From positions 62,001 to 126,000 of the forward strand of contig JAUCBJ010008050.1 of NCBI GenBank assembly GCA_032718475.1: a stretch of 64,000 nucleotides of DNA, given 5' to 3'. Below the pieces are notes generated by a model. That model was not told where the DNA came from. It did not search any database and saw only the letters and a program-made list of their open reading frames with translations. The stretch's first letter is position 1, and each line of letters opens with the position of its first letter. Both the position numbers and the translations under genes were made by a program. This DNA is from Nemertoderma westbladi (taxonomy: Eukaryota; Animalia; Xenacoelomorpha). Shown piece by piece: positions 24,701-37,589 of this stretch.

Positions 24701-26427
24701 TTCTAATATGCCAAATCATTGATACTTGTATTTTTCGGCGTAATTTGGGAAATTTTGGTGCTAGCACCAAATTTCGTACCCATCACCAAAAAGTACAAGT
24801 TTGCGATGTCCAGTGCTGTTTTATTGATTCCATCGGATTCAGGACCCTCATAAACCCGTATAATGCAAGAAACAAGATGGTTTAGAAATACCTTAGAATA
24901 TTCAACGCTAAGCGGTTATTTGAAAATAGCGGGTCAGCAGGCTGACAGTGGTAGTGAAAGTAGCGCAGTAGTAAACTCGCTGGCTTAAACCAGCGCAAGA
25001 TCCAAGTTTCGACATTAGGGCAAATTAATATCAAATCCCGTTGCACACATATAAATATTCTCACATTCGACATTGTTTCACCCAGCAAACTGCCTGTATT
25101 TCTCTATGGAAAGTGAACGCCGAGTGTTAAACCACCCGCACTCATATTAAGTAGCTTAGATAGCCAGTTCAGATTTATTGTTTTGGTTATTGCTGTTTGG
25201 CTTATAAACACGAACAGTTAGCTCTCTGTTGGGGTTCTGACAGAGAAAGGAGCGTGTGATTGACAGAGCCGTACATAGTTCGCAATAGTAAATGGTCGCG
25301 TCTCTACATAGTTCAACAGGTGAGATTACCAATAATAATCTCACCTCATAACCAACTGGGGCGACACACGCCGTAAGCCACAGAGAGAGGTGAGAGGTCA
25401 AACCACCCCAGAGGTACAAACAAGCTAGTAAGGCTAGCACACAAGGGACAAGGGCAACAGGGAGTGGCGAGGTGAGAATTAATCAGGTTAAGCTCATAGT
25501 GGGCGGGAAAGCACATTGGGGGTGAATAGAGCGCATCTATTGGATATTCAGGCCACCCTGTAGTGTAGGGCTAATGTAATATGTGTCAATGATATAACCT
25601 TTGTGATTGTTGATTATTAGTTTAGTTTGTTTCCTTACAGTTGTGAGCCCGGAATAGTTTTGACCGTCGTCACTAACGTTGTGTTGCATGCTATTATATT
25701 CAGGCTGTGCTATTATCAATTACTGTCATTATTAACACTTAGTTATTCAGTAACTCAATTATTTTGAACGGCCTTCGGCCTAATATATCCAGTGAACGGC
25801 TTAGCAGCCCACGGACGCGGAGACGCGTACATCACACACTGGTCGGGATCTATACTGCGAACTCGAAGGTCCCGTCACAATCTAACCAACTGGCACGATT
25901 GGTCTTAACCCTATTAGTACCGGGCTATAAAATGTTGTACAAATACCGGGAAGGGGTCATATTGACCCCCCCCCCCCCCCCCCCCCCCAATTTCAAAATT
26001 TGAAAGTTACATTTTACGGCTAATTGTTTTTCAATACAGGTTTTCTGGGGCGCAAAATACATTGGAAATTTTTTAAAAATGATATGATTACTATAAATGG
26101 CTGTTTAGTCCTCTCTTCGTAGGAAAAAAATGAAAAAAAAAGTAACCAGCACTTTTCAGTTAGAACACAAAATTTTTAATTCACTTATACGATGCTATAA
26201 ATTCACATTTATAGGTTTTCTAAGGCGCTGATTCTAATGGAATACATTTCTAATATGCCAAATCATTGATACTTGTATTTTTCGGCGTAATTTGGGAAAT
26301 TTTGGTGCTTGCACCAAATTTCGTACCCATCACCAAAAAGTACAAGTTTGCGATGTCCAGTGCTGTTTTTATTGATTCCATCGGATTCAGGACCCTCATA
26401 AACCCGTATAATGCAAGAAACAAGATG
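21786..26427. repeat. Tandem triplication of a ~1.55-kb unit
   Basis: Units start at 21786, 23335 and 24880 (GTTTAGAAATACC); near-identical; the LTR end recurs at 22785, 24334 and 25879. Confidence 0.95.
22786..22810 (-). mobile_element. RTE LINE piece 2 (25 bp between LTR and MITE; also repeated in each triplicate unit)
   Basis: Reverse complement encodes KTNRASWLD, in frame with GVPPEVFK at 7218. Confidence 0.7.
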
Positions 26428-27280
26428 ATACTATCTATTGATCAATTTGCTTATTTTCCAAAATTTGGTGCTGACACAACAAATTTCACCCACCGGCGAA
26501 AAATACAAGTTTGAAAACTCTTATGAAATTTTTACTGATTCCATTGAATTTAGAACCCTCACAAACCCGTATAACGCTTGAAACAAGGTGACACAATCAA
26601 TTGATATATTTGTTGATTTTCAAAATAACAAGTTTGCAAAATACAAGTTTGAGATGTCTAGTCTAGTTCGATAATTATATATTCCATTGAATTCAGAACA
26701 GCCATAAACCTCCAAAACGCAAGAAATAAAATGTCAAAAGCAATTTTATCTATTGAATGGATTTTCAAAATTTCGTGCTAGCACCAAAAATTGCACACAG
26801 CACCGAAAAATACAAGTTTGATACGCTTGGTGCAATCGTATATATTTCATCGAAACGAGAACCCCAAAAAACCCCAATTGCTTAAAAAACAAGTTTCAAA
26901 CAATCAATTTTCAAAATTGCCATATTTCAAAATTTGGTGCTGGCACCAAAATTTGGCACCCGCCGAAAAAAACAAGTTTGAAATTTCTAAAATCAATTTA
27001 TATGAATTCCATCCAATTGCCAACACCAAAAAACCGGTGTTAATCAAAAATAGAGATGTTACAATTCATATTTAATGAAATATAATTTTCAAAAAACGTC
27101 TCAAAAAAAGTGCCAAAAGTAGGGTGAAAAAATGGTGCTATAACTCGAAAACTACCCAATATTTTTGAAAACGGTTTTCACTACTAGGAAGACAGTAGAT
27201 TTTTAGGAAAATTCATAAAGTTTCAGATTCCCAACTGCGTTTGTTTCAGAATTCTAATAAAAAAACCACGGGGGGGGGGG
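25905..27280 (+). mobile_element. Non-autonomous piggyBac-like MITE (left end TTAACCCT; right end truncated); 5' part also at 22811 and 24360
   Basis: TTAA-CCC terminus, subterminal GGGGTCAwATTGACCCC palindrome, internal degenerate repeats, no ORF. Confidence 0.6.
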
Positions 27281-27520
27281 ATCATTGAGGCGATCGGCTG
27301 GAGATTCAGCCTAACCTTGGTGGTTGGTTGGTAAGCAAGTTGATCGATTTCCATGCCTGGGATGATTGCCTGCTGTAATCAGCATCATTGATGGCATCAA
27401 CCTGTTGGTTTATTAGCTCCTGTAGATTAACAGAGTACTGCCTGTTCAGGGACCTAGATGCAGCCTTAACTGCATTCTTGGCCGCTGTAGTCTGTTTGAG
27501 TCGGGACTCTATACGCTATA
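27281..27520 (-). mobile_element. RTE LINE piece 3 (EN-RT linker)
   Basis: SLNRQY..INQQVDAINDADYSRQSSQAWKSINLLT resembles the RTE linker that lies upstream of the KA.GLDGIPPE motif. Confidence 0.65.
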
Positions 27521-27702
27521 ACCAAATGTCGTCAGGTCCAATACAAATAAATTATACCTTTACAATATTATATTATATAATTAAATCATGAAACCTAATC
27601 ATAATAAAAAAATATATAAAACACACTAGGATTTGCACTAGGATTGATAAGTTTTGGTATTTATTTCCAATGTCCAAGAGCAATAGTATCACTAATACTA
27701 AC

Positions 27703-27855
27703 GTGCACTTAATCATCATATCTGTAACAGCAACATCGTCTTCTTTAGGACCTAAATAATTTTCCATTCTCAGATTGAATGACACCATATAACCCTGACT
27801 CGAATGATATCCGGTTGAGGCTTCAATGTCTGGACAGAATCTTGGTTCAGTCCAC
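27703..27855 (-). CDS. Exon 13: VOMI domain part 3
   Basis: WTEPRFCP..GYMVSFNLRMENYLGPKEDDVAVTDMMIKC, the second beta-prism repeat; phase 2-2. Confidence 0.88.
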
Positions 27856-28363
27856 CTAAGAAATACACATTAACTAACTAGCTATACATTAATAACATAT
27901 ATTGTATCGAAAGTTTGTAACACCAGAGAAAATTATTTGAGCTGTTGATTTGTAATCAATTTTTTTTATTTCAAATTGGGATTCTTTTTATGTAAATGTA
28001 TGTATATAGCGAAAATTTGTGACACATTTATGTAAATTTTATTTAAATCGTTATTTAATTATTGCATTTCTTATTTTATTGTAGTTGTTGAACTCTACAT
28101 AATTTATCTTCAATAACTAAATTATCTTTAATCCGATTGATTTCGTATATAATTATTTAATATTTAGTTTTTTATTTTATTGTTTTCTTTTATATTCTGC
28201 TTTTTTGAGATTTTGTGCTCATTTTCGTTGAATCTTGGCCAATCAAGACCAACCATATATACCAATATTTTTTTTTAGTATTTCGTTATGCGGTCCTACA
28301 AAACTACACAGAAGCCATATATACATATATACATACAAGCAAAGCAAAAAACTACAACCAATA

Positions 28364-28403
28364 GATTGCAGGCCCGGCGCTCAACCAATTGAGCTACCCC
28401 GCC
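28364..28403 (-). mobile_element. tRNA-derived (SINE head-like) 5' half fragment
   Basis: GGCGGGGTAGCTCAATTGGTTGAGCGCCGGGCCTGCAATC contains an A-box and D-arm; no T-arm or B-box. Confidence 0.5.
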
Positions 28404-28483
28404 TTCCATACATACATACATGGACATACAGGACATACATACAGCCATATACAAAGAAACCAAAAATACCGAAAACTACACAA

Positions 28484-28790
28484 TAATAATAATAATATAA
28501 TTGCACATATAGAGCGCCATATCTACAGTAGAATGTACTCTAAGGCGCTTGTTGTAGGAAGTAAAATGTTTGTTAAAAGATTATGATTAAAAATGCTAAA
28601 AATTGAAGGCAAAAAGTAATTATACGAGTGGATTATGTTAAATAAATAAATAAAAGGGATGAATGAGAAGGATTGTACGTTCTAACATTTATGGCATGTT
28701 CATACGAAGAGAAAGGTTTTGACTAGTGTCTTGAAGCCATTGACCTGGTGTTCCGTTGACCGAGTGGTCTGGTGAGTTTTTGTTGGAAGA
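28484..28790 (-). mobile_element. L2-type LINE 3' tail fragment
   Basis: FKTLVKTFLF end of ORF, then AAGCGCCTTAGAG..GGCGCTCTATATG stem and (ATT)n tail. Confidence 0.5.
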
Positions 28791-28980
28791 ATTTTTAGCA
28801 TTTAACAGACCACTTTACTTACTTACGGTATGGTATAGCTACGGTATATACTGTTATGTTAAAGTATAATTATTATTACCGTATCACCCCTCTACCTATT
28901 GTGATTGTAAAGTTGTGTTATTATTATGTGTCCACTCTGTCAAATAGTGCTGACTGTTATTTATAGATAACTTTACTTAC

Positions 28981-29096
28981 TCTCCTGGGCGCTTATTTGA
29001 ATACATATCTCCATCCAATACATTGCCGTCACTACAAAGAACTTGTAATCCTGTCACTCCCATATCATCCCAGACTGATCCTTTATAATCCTGAAC
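28981..29096 (-). CDS. Exon 12: VOMI domain part 2
   Basis: VQDYKGSVWDDMGVTGLQVLCSDG matches VE--QG--DDT-LNGI-L-C; GTAAGT donor; phase 0 to 2. Confidence 0.88.
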
Positions 29097-29439
29097 CTTA
29101 AAATATAAGAACCAATAAATTAAGTTTATACTCTATATATATATATATCCAACACACAACCGTAGGGCCACTTATGGATGTAAGTAGAGGTGGCCTTATG
29201 GTTGGTTCTAATAAATATCCAACAGTGAAATATTCAACCAAATATTCAACAACTATGGTTTAATCGTGCCATGGGGCCACAGTGGCCCTATGGTATGAAG
29301 TAGTTGTAAGGCGTTATAAGGTCCTTTGGACATTAGGTGTTGCATCTTTAGGTCCTATGAGTGGTTGTCCCTGCGCTGCTAGGTTCTGTCATAAAATACA
29401 GTAGTTTTATTTCTATTTAAAGCTGATTATCTTCAAAAA

Positions 29440-31230
29440 TTCAGTGATTGAGTGTTCTATTCAGTAAGCGTTCTATTCCGTGAACGTTATATTCAGTGAG
29501 TGTTCTATTCAGTAAGCGTTCTATTCATTGAACGTTCTATTCAGTGAGTGTTCTATTCAGTAAGCGTTCTATTCAGTGAGCGTACTATTCAGAGAGCATT
29601 CTATTCAGTGAGCTTTCTATTAAGTGAGCGTTTTATTCAGTGAGTGTTCTATTCAGTGAGTTTTCTATTCAGTGAGTGATATATTCAGTGAGTGTTCTAT
29701 TCAGTGAATGTTCTATTCAGTGAGTGTTATATTCATTGAACATTCCGTCAGTGTTCTAGTCAGTGAATGGTTTATTCAGTGAGTGTTCTATTCAGTGAGT
29801 GCTCTATTCAGTGATCGTTCTATTCAGTGAGTGTTCTATTCAGTAAGCGTTCTATTCAGTGAACGTTATATTCAGCGAGTGTTCTATTTATTGGACGTTC
29901 TATTCAGTGAGTGTTGTCAGTGAGTGTTTTATTCAGTGGGTGTTCTATTCAGTAAGTGTTCTATTTAGTGAGAATTATATTCAGCGAGCGTTCTATTCAG
30001 TGAACGTTCTATTCAGTGAGAGTTCACGTCAGTGAGTGTTTTATTCATTGAGTGTTCTATTCAGTGAACGTTCTATTGAGTGAGTTTTCTATGCAGTGAG
30101 CGTTCTATTCAGTGCATGTTCTATTCAGTAAGCGTTCTATTCATTGAACGTTCTATTCAGTGAGTGTTCTATTCAGTAAGCGTTCTATTCAGTGAGCGTA
30201 CTATTCAGAGAGCATTCTATTCAGTGAGCTTTCTATTGAGTGAGCGTTTTATTCAGTGAGTGTTCTATTCAGTGAGTTTTCTATTCAGTGAGTGATATAT
30301 TCAGTGAGTGTTCTATTAAGTGAATGTTCTATTTAGTGAGTGTTTTATTCATTGAACATTCTATTCCGTCAGTGTTCTAGTCAGTGAATGGTTTATTCAG
30401 TGAGTGTTCTATTCAGTGAGTGCTCTATTCAGTGATCGTTCTATTCAGTGAGTGTTCTATTCAGTAAGCGTTCTATTCAGTGAACGTTATATTCAGCGAG
30501 TGTTCTATTCAGTGGACGTTCTATTCAGTGAGTGTTGTCAGTGAGTGTTTTATTCAGTGGGTGTTCTATTCAGTAAGTGTTCTATTCAGTGAGAATTATA
30601 TTCAGCGAGCGTTCTATTCATTGAACGTTCTATTCAGTGAGAGTTCACGTCAGTGAGTGTTTTATTCATTGAGTGTTCTATTCAGTGAACGTTAAATTCA
30701 GTGAGCGTTCTATTCAGTGCACGTTCAATTCAGTGAGCGTTCTAATCAGTGAACGTTCTATTCAGTGAGTGTTCTATTCAGTGAACGTTCTATTCAGTGA
30801 GTGTTCTATTCAGTAAGCGTAATATTCAGTGAACTTTCTATTCAGTGAGTGTTCTATTCAGTAAGCGTTCTATTCCGTGAACGTTATATTCAGTGAGTGT
30901 TCTATTCAGTAGGCGTTCTATTCAGTGAACGTTCTATTCAGTGAGCATTATATTCAGTGTGTGTTCAATTAAGTGAGCGTTCTATTCAGTGAACGTTCTA
31001 TTCAGTGAGTTTTCTATGCAGTGAGCGTTCTATTCAGTGCATGTTCTATTCAGTAAGCGTTCTATTTAGTGAACGTTCTATTCAGTGAGTGTTCTATTCA
31101 GTAAGTGTTCTATTCATTGAACGTTCTATTCAATGAGCGTTATATTTAGTAAGCGTTCTATTCAGTGAAAGTTATATTCAGTGAATGTTCTATTTAGTGA
31201 ATGTTCTATTCAGTGAGCCTTCTATTAAGT
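29440..31230. repeat. 16-bp satellite (consensus GTTCTATTCAGTGAGT) with a ~616-bp higher-order duplication
   Basis: About 110 units; the diagnostic variant CGTACTATTCAGAGAGC occurs at 29581 and 30197. Confidence 0.95.
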
Positions 31231-31903
31231 TTTGAAATGAATAAAAACGGTGTAGAAAAGTCTAACAAAGCATTTTCGGAAAAGATCTGAGTTCTAGAAT
31301 GTGTTTTTGATGTGTAAATTACACAAAAATTACAAGAAAAATTAGGTGGCCCTGTGGTCGTTTTGTGTTATTTACTTTTCCTACAGAAATGTATTGCAAA
31401 CGAATATCTAACAAGAATGGTCATTATATTGGAGCCGTGTAATTTTTTGCATCGGATTTTTCTAACAATAAATATTAACATGCTTCTCTTGTTCTATTAT
31501 TATTCGATAGTTAATGTACTAGTTTATATCTTAATTACTAAGGAGTGGCCCTATGGCCCCCAGTTGGAATTATATATATATATATTAACTGGAGAAGTAC
31601 CCTGAAAGAATTTGAACTAAATTTATATAGAAATTCAAATGATTATAATTATAATTTAGGACCTATTTTATTATTTAATACAAAAAACCGTACAAGTAAA
31701 ACACATTGTTGCTTACAGTATGGGAAGGTTGTGAGGATTGGAATGTTTTGGTCTAAATCGCTAATATCCACAATTTACTGGGCTTATTTAGTATTTTTTA
31801 CAATTTTGTGGGCTGTTTTAGTCATAGTTTGGAATTCTAATCAAATTTCGAAACGCTAGTGTCGTTTTTGTGGATGGAGGTTAAACATGTCATACCCCTC
31901 GAG

Positions 31904-32827
31904 GGTTTTGGGACGTTAGTGCCCGCGAGTGATTAGTGCCCGCGGTCACTTAGTCGCATTATTGTGGGCACTAATGTCCCATAGGAGGTTAGTGTCCGCG
32001 AGACATTAGTGCCTGCGAGACAGTGCCCACTTAGTGATATACAGTAGTTACTATATGTAAATACAACAGGCCAGGCAGACATTTCCCGCTTCCTGCTGAG
32101 ATGCACGAGTCGTTACTTTCTTCAAACTTCAAAGGTACAAATTTCCAGTCTTTAGTTCACGCATCTCGTTATTTAACATTTTAATTTCAACTTGGATCTT
32201 TAATGATTAAAAAATTTACTAACCTCAGCTAGACATGGTAGTAGCATTTATATTATTTGGTTTTGCGGTAAACTCTTCAACGAATGAGGATTAAGCAACA
32301 GCGTTTGATTGTTTATAAATAATCTACTTTTGATTGAGTTTGTTTAATTTGTTTAACTTTACTGGAGACAGTGTGTAATAAAAAAAACAAGGTGCAGTAC
32401 TACAGTATAATCGTCGGAGGACGCACTAACTCTGATATATTATAATGAATTAATGATTTCAAGAAAAATACTCAGTCGACTGTCTGAAATTAATTCGACG
32501 AATTAAAAGTAAAGTAGTACATTTAGTTAATTAAATTAGTGAAATAATTAAATTAGTGTCGATGACTTTGGTTGAATGGGGTATAAGTAAGAAGAAAAAC
32601 GGATTGCCTTATACTAACTTCCAAATTCAGTGCGGCATGCGGGCACTAATGACTCGCGGGCACTAATGACTCGCGGGCACTAACATCTCACTTGCAGGCA
32701 AAGTCCTCGGGCACTCATGACACGTGGGCACTAACGTCCGCTTGCAGACATGGTTCCCGGGCTCTAATGACTCGCGGGCACTAAATTCCTGAGGCATTAG
32801 TGCCCGCGGGCACTAACGTCCCCCAAT
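31904..32827. mobile_element. MULE/Foldback-like MITE
   Basis: TIRs GGGACGTTAGTGCCCGCG / CGCGGGCACTAACGTCCC, subterminal GCGGGCACTAA arrays, flanking direct repeat CCCCTCGAG (31895-31903, 32828-32836). Confidence 0.8.
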
Positions 32828-33406
32828 CCCCTCGAGTCGTGGGGACCTTTGGTAGAGTATACAGGGATGTTTGGTGTCATACTTAAAACGTCCTGTTCTA
32901 TATACATTTATAAACAAATATATTTAAATGCCCAGCCAAACGACAATGATAATAAATCCTTTCTTCACAAACTGAACGCTGATAAGTTAACATAATGTGA
33001 CAAAATTACAAACACCATTGTGTGCCAATGTCACAATCCCGCACCATTACAGAAAATTACCTAATTTTATTTAAATTAATTAATTATTTAATTAAATTAA
33101 TTAAGAAATTAAATATTACTGACGAAAAATGACACTCACATGAATGAATCTCACAAATTAAATGGGATATGGGAATTTTGTTTTCAGATTCAGGTGTAAA
33201 AAGAGCACAAAATTCCGGTCTAGAAAAGTTAATAAAAACAACAATTTAATCTGTGAACCCTAATCAACTAATTAGTCTTCATCCTCTAATTCCCTGAAAC
33301 AATTATTTACTACGGTACCGGTCCGGCATGTCAACCTTACACCTATAAAACCTTACCGTTACTTTGCCCCGCTAATTCTTATTTATTATTTATTATTAAC
33401 GCCTAC

Positions 33407-33543
33407 CTTCAATTTGTAACCAACGACATACGACTTCTTAGAAGGACATATTTTCACTCCTGACCAGCTACAGATATCCGGATTCCCTTCTAAATACTTT
33501 AGTTCGTCGATAATTTCAATAGTACCGGTAACCTTGCGAGTAC
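33407..33543 (-). CDS. Exon 11: start of VOMI (VMO-I beta-prism) domain
   Basis: CSWSGVKICPSKKSYVVGYKLK matches the W----CP---YA-GF-LK motif; phase 1 to 0. Confidence 0.87.
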
Positions 33544-34358
33544 CTGAGGTGTAAAATGAAGAATAATCGAAAATAGCTAGAAGTGACGATTTTAGGATCG
33601 AATTAATAAACAAAAATTTCCACGCATCAATTTTATGATATGATTACTCACAATTAACTATAATATACTTCTTAATTTATATCAAATTCCCTACTGTATA
33701 TCACAACCCTGCAGTTATAAAGTTAAATATATATATAAATGACTTAAGGTGGGCTGGGGGGTATCGGGGAGGGCTGGGGGGGGGGGGGGGGGGGGGGTTG
33801 GTGGAGTTAGCGGGATTTTACCCACTCTTTTTTAAAGCAGCTCTAACTTCGTGTTATAGTTCAATAGCACTGTTACGTTGTGTTAATGTAATGGAAATTT
33901 GAAATTTTTTGTCTATTCTAACTTCTCAATACAATAAAACGAATAATAATAACGTTAATAACGTTAATAACGTTAATATTGATTTGTTACAATTATAGCA
34001 CTATATATATTTATTACAGATTTATTCAAATGAATCTATCTAAATCAAATTGATTAAAATTCACAATAATATTTGAACATATATTTTTCTTGGTCAGAGG
34101 TTACAATTCCGACGTCAGTTTTATTATTTGGTGGTGTCTAGTCTTAAATTTTCAAGGACATACTGGTAGACGATGACTAGATAACTAAAATAAATAAGTA
34201 CTCGTAAATAAGCCATTTTAAGATTTGAAATCCCCATTAAATTATGCATCAGATGAGGTAAAAATTAAAAATAACACAAATTTTACTCAAGGAAGGCCTA
34301 TCCCCCCCCCCCCCCCCCTCCCCCCCTAAGAAAAATAAAAAATATAAATAGTTCTCAC

Positions 34359-34586
34359 CAGAACATGGGTCATTATTACATGGAATCTCCAATCGGTCTC
34401 GAATACACAATGACTTATCTGTGGCTTCTCCATACAGTATTGTGTATGCCAGTCCCCCTCCACAGGGTTTGTATATACCATATGGGTCTACGCAATGCCT
34501 CTCAATCGCATGATCTCGACTGTTTATTAGTCCTGGTTGGTTGTTAAAATCCGGTATATACGGGTTACCAACTACTTCAATACAAG
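34359..34586 (-). CDS. Exon 10: TSP1-like module 7
   Basis: ACIEVV..HCVDPYGIYKPCGGG..LCIRDRLEIPCNNDPCS; GTGAG donor; phase 1-1. Confidence 0.85.
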
Positions 34587-34791
34587 CTGCAAATGTAAAA
34601 TTCGTCATATACATTCTATATATTTTATTCATCTATGAGTCTGTATTTCTGAATTACTGTAGAATATTACGTTTAATAAAGTTTGTTTATTTATTTGTCT
34701 CCAGACAAAGCTACAAAGCATACAATAATACACTTAAATAGCCACAGGTACATACACACACAAGCATAATTTTAGTAAAATTGATACATAC

Positions 34792-34932
34792 CATCGCATG
34801 CTACTTCAGTAACCATTGGTGTGCTGCATAATTCCCCAGTCGTTAGATTTACAAGAGGTGTTTCCATGACAACTTTTCCATCATGGCATGGACTAAAATG
34901 CCTGGGAAAGAATGGACCGGGATATACACATT
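34792..34932 (-). CDS. Exon 9: degenerate TSP1-like module 6
   Basis: ttacAG acceptor, GTATG donor, phase 1-1; ECVYPGPFFPRHFSPCHDGKVVMETPLVNLTTGELCSTPMVTEVACD. Confidence 0.75.
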
Positions 34933-35107
34933 CTGTAAATAAATGCAAATTTATATCAAAGATGATTGAATGTCTAACTAATGTCTAATAAATATAGATA
35001 GCATTAATTAACAAGTCTAAATTACCAGCAAAGATTAATATAAGAATTATAATAAGTACATCTTTAATGTAAGATAAGGGATAATATAGGGAGGGAAACT
35101 GCAATTA

Positions 35108-36560
35108 CTTCTACTAGGTCGAGCGACCTCGGACAGTGGAAATGAGATCCTTCCAGACTTCCCACTTCTCCATAATTGTTCATTTCTGATTGTTTCACTT
35201 CATTTTCTACCAAATCCAGTATCCATTTCAATTAAAGATGTTTTATAGGTTTCATAGCCAGTCATCCACTTTCATTGTGTTTGTTGCTGGAAAAGTAGAT
35301 CTGTTATCACCCCATGTTTTCGACTCCAACAGTGTCCACTAGATCTCTGGACATTGTTTTCGCTGTGAGGACCTTGTGCTTTGGCAGCCCCAACGGCCTC
35401 CTAAAGGAAAATGGTCTTGAAAATGTGGATGATCTCGCGAAAGTCATGGGGGATAGGGAGTTATGGCACTGCAACATTGTTGATATCTGGACATAGAATT
35501 CTTTATGCACGCTGCATTGGGCTTGCCAATTGCGGATTGCATGGTGGCGACAAAAAATGTTGTCAAGCTGGCATAGCATCTCAATGTGCAGTTCAATGCA
35601 GCTGGCCGATTTTAGTAGTTGTGGTAGTAGTACTGGATATGTTATCCACAAAGTCGGTGACTGCGACTGTAGTTGCCGGATATCTGCTACTTATGCGTTG
35701 TTGTAGTGTGAATCCCAGATGTTCATCCTTTGTGGCTGTCCTCAACGCATAATCAAATACAATTACCAATAGTAATGGCGCTAATGTGTCACCTTGCAGT
35801 ACGCCAGCCAGGATTGAGAAGAACTCCATCGAGTTCCACCATCTGGTCAGAGTACAAGAGTTTCTGTATCAAAATATAACAATCCAATCAATGCCAGCAA
35901 CAATTTCTTCTGGTATTCCATAAGCTCTCAGGATCTCCAGCATTTTACTTCTATGGAGTCGAATGCCTTCTTGAAGTCCACAAACGTCATGACTGTGGGG
36001 AGATTCTTTGACTTAATTCCTTCATCAGTTCTGTAGTGCAAGTATCTGAGCTATTGTTGATATATTTGGTCCAAATCCTTTTGGGTCTTACACAGCAGTT
36101 TCTGTGAGGCCTAATTCTATTAAATTCTAATAATTTTGTTGTATATTATTTTGGCAGCTACCACAATCAGACAGATCCCACGATAGTTTGTTGGTATACT
36201 GACCAAGGTCTTCTTCCTTAGGGAGTGGCTTGCGTTGACCTTTAGTCCAAATTGGTGGTGGCTTTTCCCCTTTCAGCATTCGGTTACAAACATCCAATAA
36301 TGGTCTGTTTAGCACTCCTGTTTTCCATACCTCTGGAGGGATTTTATCTAATCCACTCTGGACATGCTTTTAATGCTTCTTTGGCATTCGTCAGGTGTGA
36401 AGTCTCTTGTTTCTTTAGGTAGCGTCTAGTCATATTTTTATTGTAGGGCTGACCTCGATGTTTGCCAAATGAAGATCTTCCTTAGCTTTCTCAACCTTGT
36501 TGATGTTTTCGGTTGTTGGTTGTTCGGTTTTTAAATAGTAGGCTCTTAAGACCTTCTCAT
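35108..36560 (-). mobile_element. Decayed RTE LINE with an embedded + strand RTE fragment (~35306-35500)
   Basis: GVLQGDTLAPLL, FVDFKKAF and LDKIPPEVWKTG remnants; 3' end matches 2101. Confidence 0.8.
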
Positions 36561-37250
36561 TTACATCACATGAAATAAAATTTAAGAAATAAAAAAGAAT
36601 ATTTTACTCTATTTTTATTTTACTTTTTATTTACGCCGGGAAAAAATTAAAAGCAATGGAATTCTATGGGTCACTTTTTCTTTTCCTTTTACTTTCCCTT
36701 CACTTTTACTTTTTCCGATTTTTTTCCGATTTATTTTTAGTGAAACAAAGTACTCCTTTTTCTCCAGATTTTAGGGTTTATTCGATCGAAAAAGTAACAA
36801 GTTAAGATTTAAAGTTCTTGTGTATTTACTATTTCAAATTTTTCAGTTAAGAATAAAAGGTCTCATGTATTTACTTTATCAAATTTTTCCAAAATTCATC
36901 TTGAAATATGAGGCTTAGAAGTTATCTAAAGGATCAAGGATTTTGAAGTACATATGTAAAAATTCAAAATGCCAACTTCAACCGTACTGAATAGGTAAAA
37001 AAATATGCGTCTATATCTCAGAGAATGAATATTTTGTCACAAAGAACCATTTCATATAGCAAGCCTTTGAATTAACACATTAATTATTGCTAATTATTCT
37101 ATGGGATTGTTGCAAATTGATGAATTGTTAATTTCATCAACACTGCTCAATAGTTAGTTTTATAGTAGTGCTCTAATTGAAATCATCAGTACTAATATTC
37201 AAAATAAAAAAATCATTATTTAATAAACTTTAAATAACTATAATACCTAC

Positions 37251-37421
37251 CATAACATGGCACTTTGTACACCTCGATGGAACAAGACTCCATTATTGGT
37301 ATATCTTCCATATACTTTTTGCGCATCCATCCGTGGCGTCTCATGGTTATAAAATCGTGGATACTGTTGCAGACAGGCCAGGGTTCCAATAAAGCTGTAG
37401 GCTGACCCAAATTCGTGCAAA
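37251..37421 (-). CDS. Exon 8: degenerate TSP1-like module 5
   Basis: tttttcAG acceptor, GTAGGT donor, phase 1-1; CTNLGQ..PWPVCN..MRR..SCSIEVYKVPCY. Confidence 0.75.
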
Positions 37422-37589
37422 CTGAAAAATATAATTGCGACATAAAAATAATCTTAACACAATAACATGTTATTTAGGGGAAAAGTATGTTGTATCAAAA
37501 TATAAAAATAACACTTCATAGAGAAAACTTGATTATATATGTGTGAGTTAGGCATTGTTATTTGTGTGGATTAGGTAGTTCTATGCAAA

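Noticed and set aside
21788-26003. Triplicated small ORFs (68, 94, 60 and 79 aa) as a gene cluster
   Set aside because: They are chance ORFs within the triplicated LTR/MITE unit and show no protein motifs.
28364-28403. Functional tRNA-Cys gene
   Set aside because: Only the 5' half is present; no T-arm or 3' acceptor strand.
29440-31230. CRISPR-like array
   Set aside because: Contiguous 16-bp units without unique spacers, in a eukaryotic intron; this is a satellite.
33748-33805. Functional G-quadruplex
   Set aside because: Poly-G/C tracts are scattered throughout the window; nothing suggests a specific function here.
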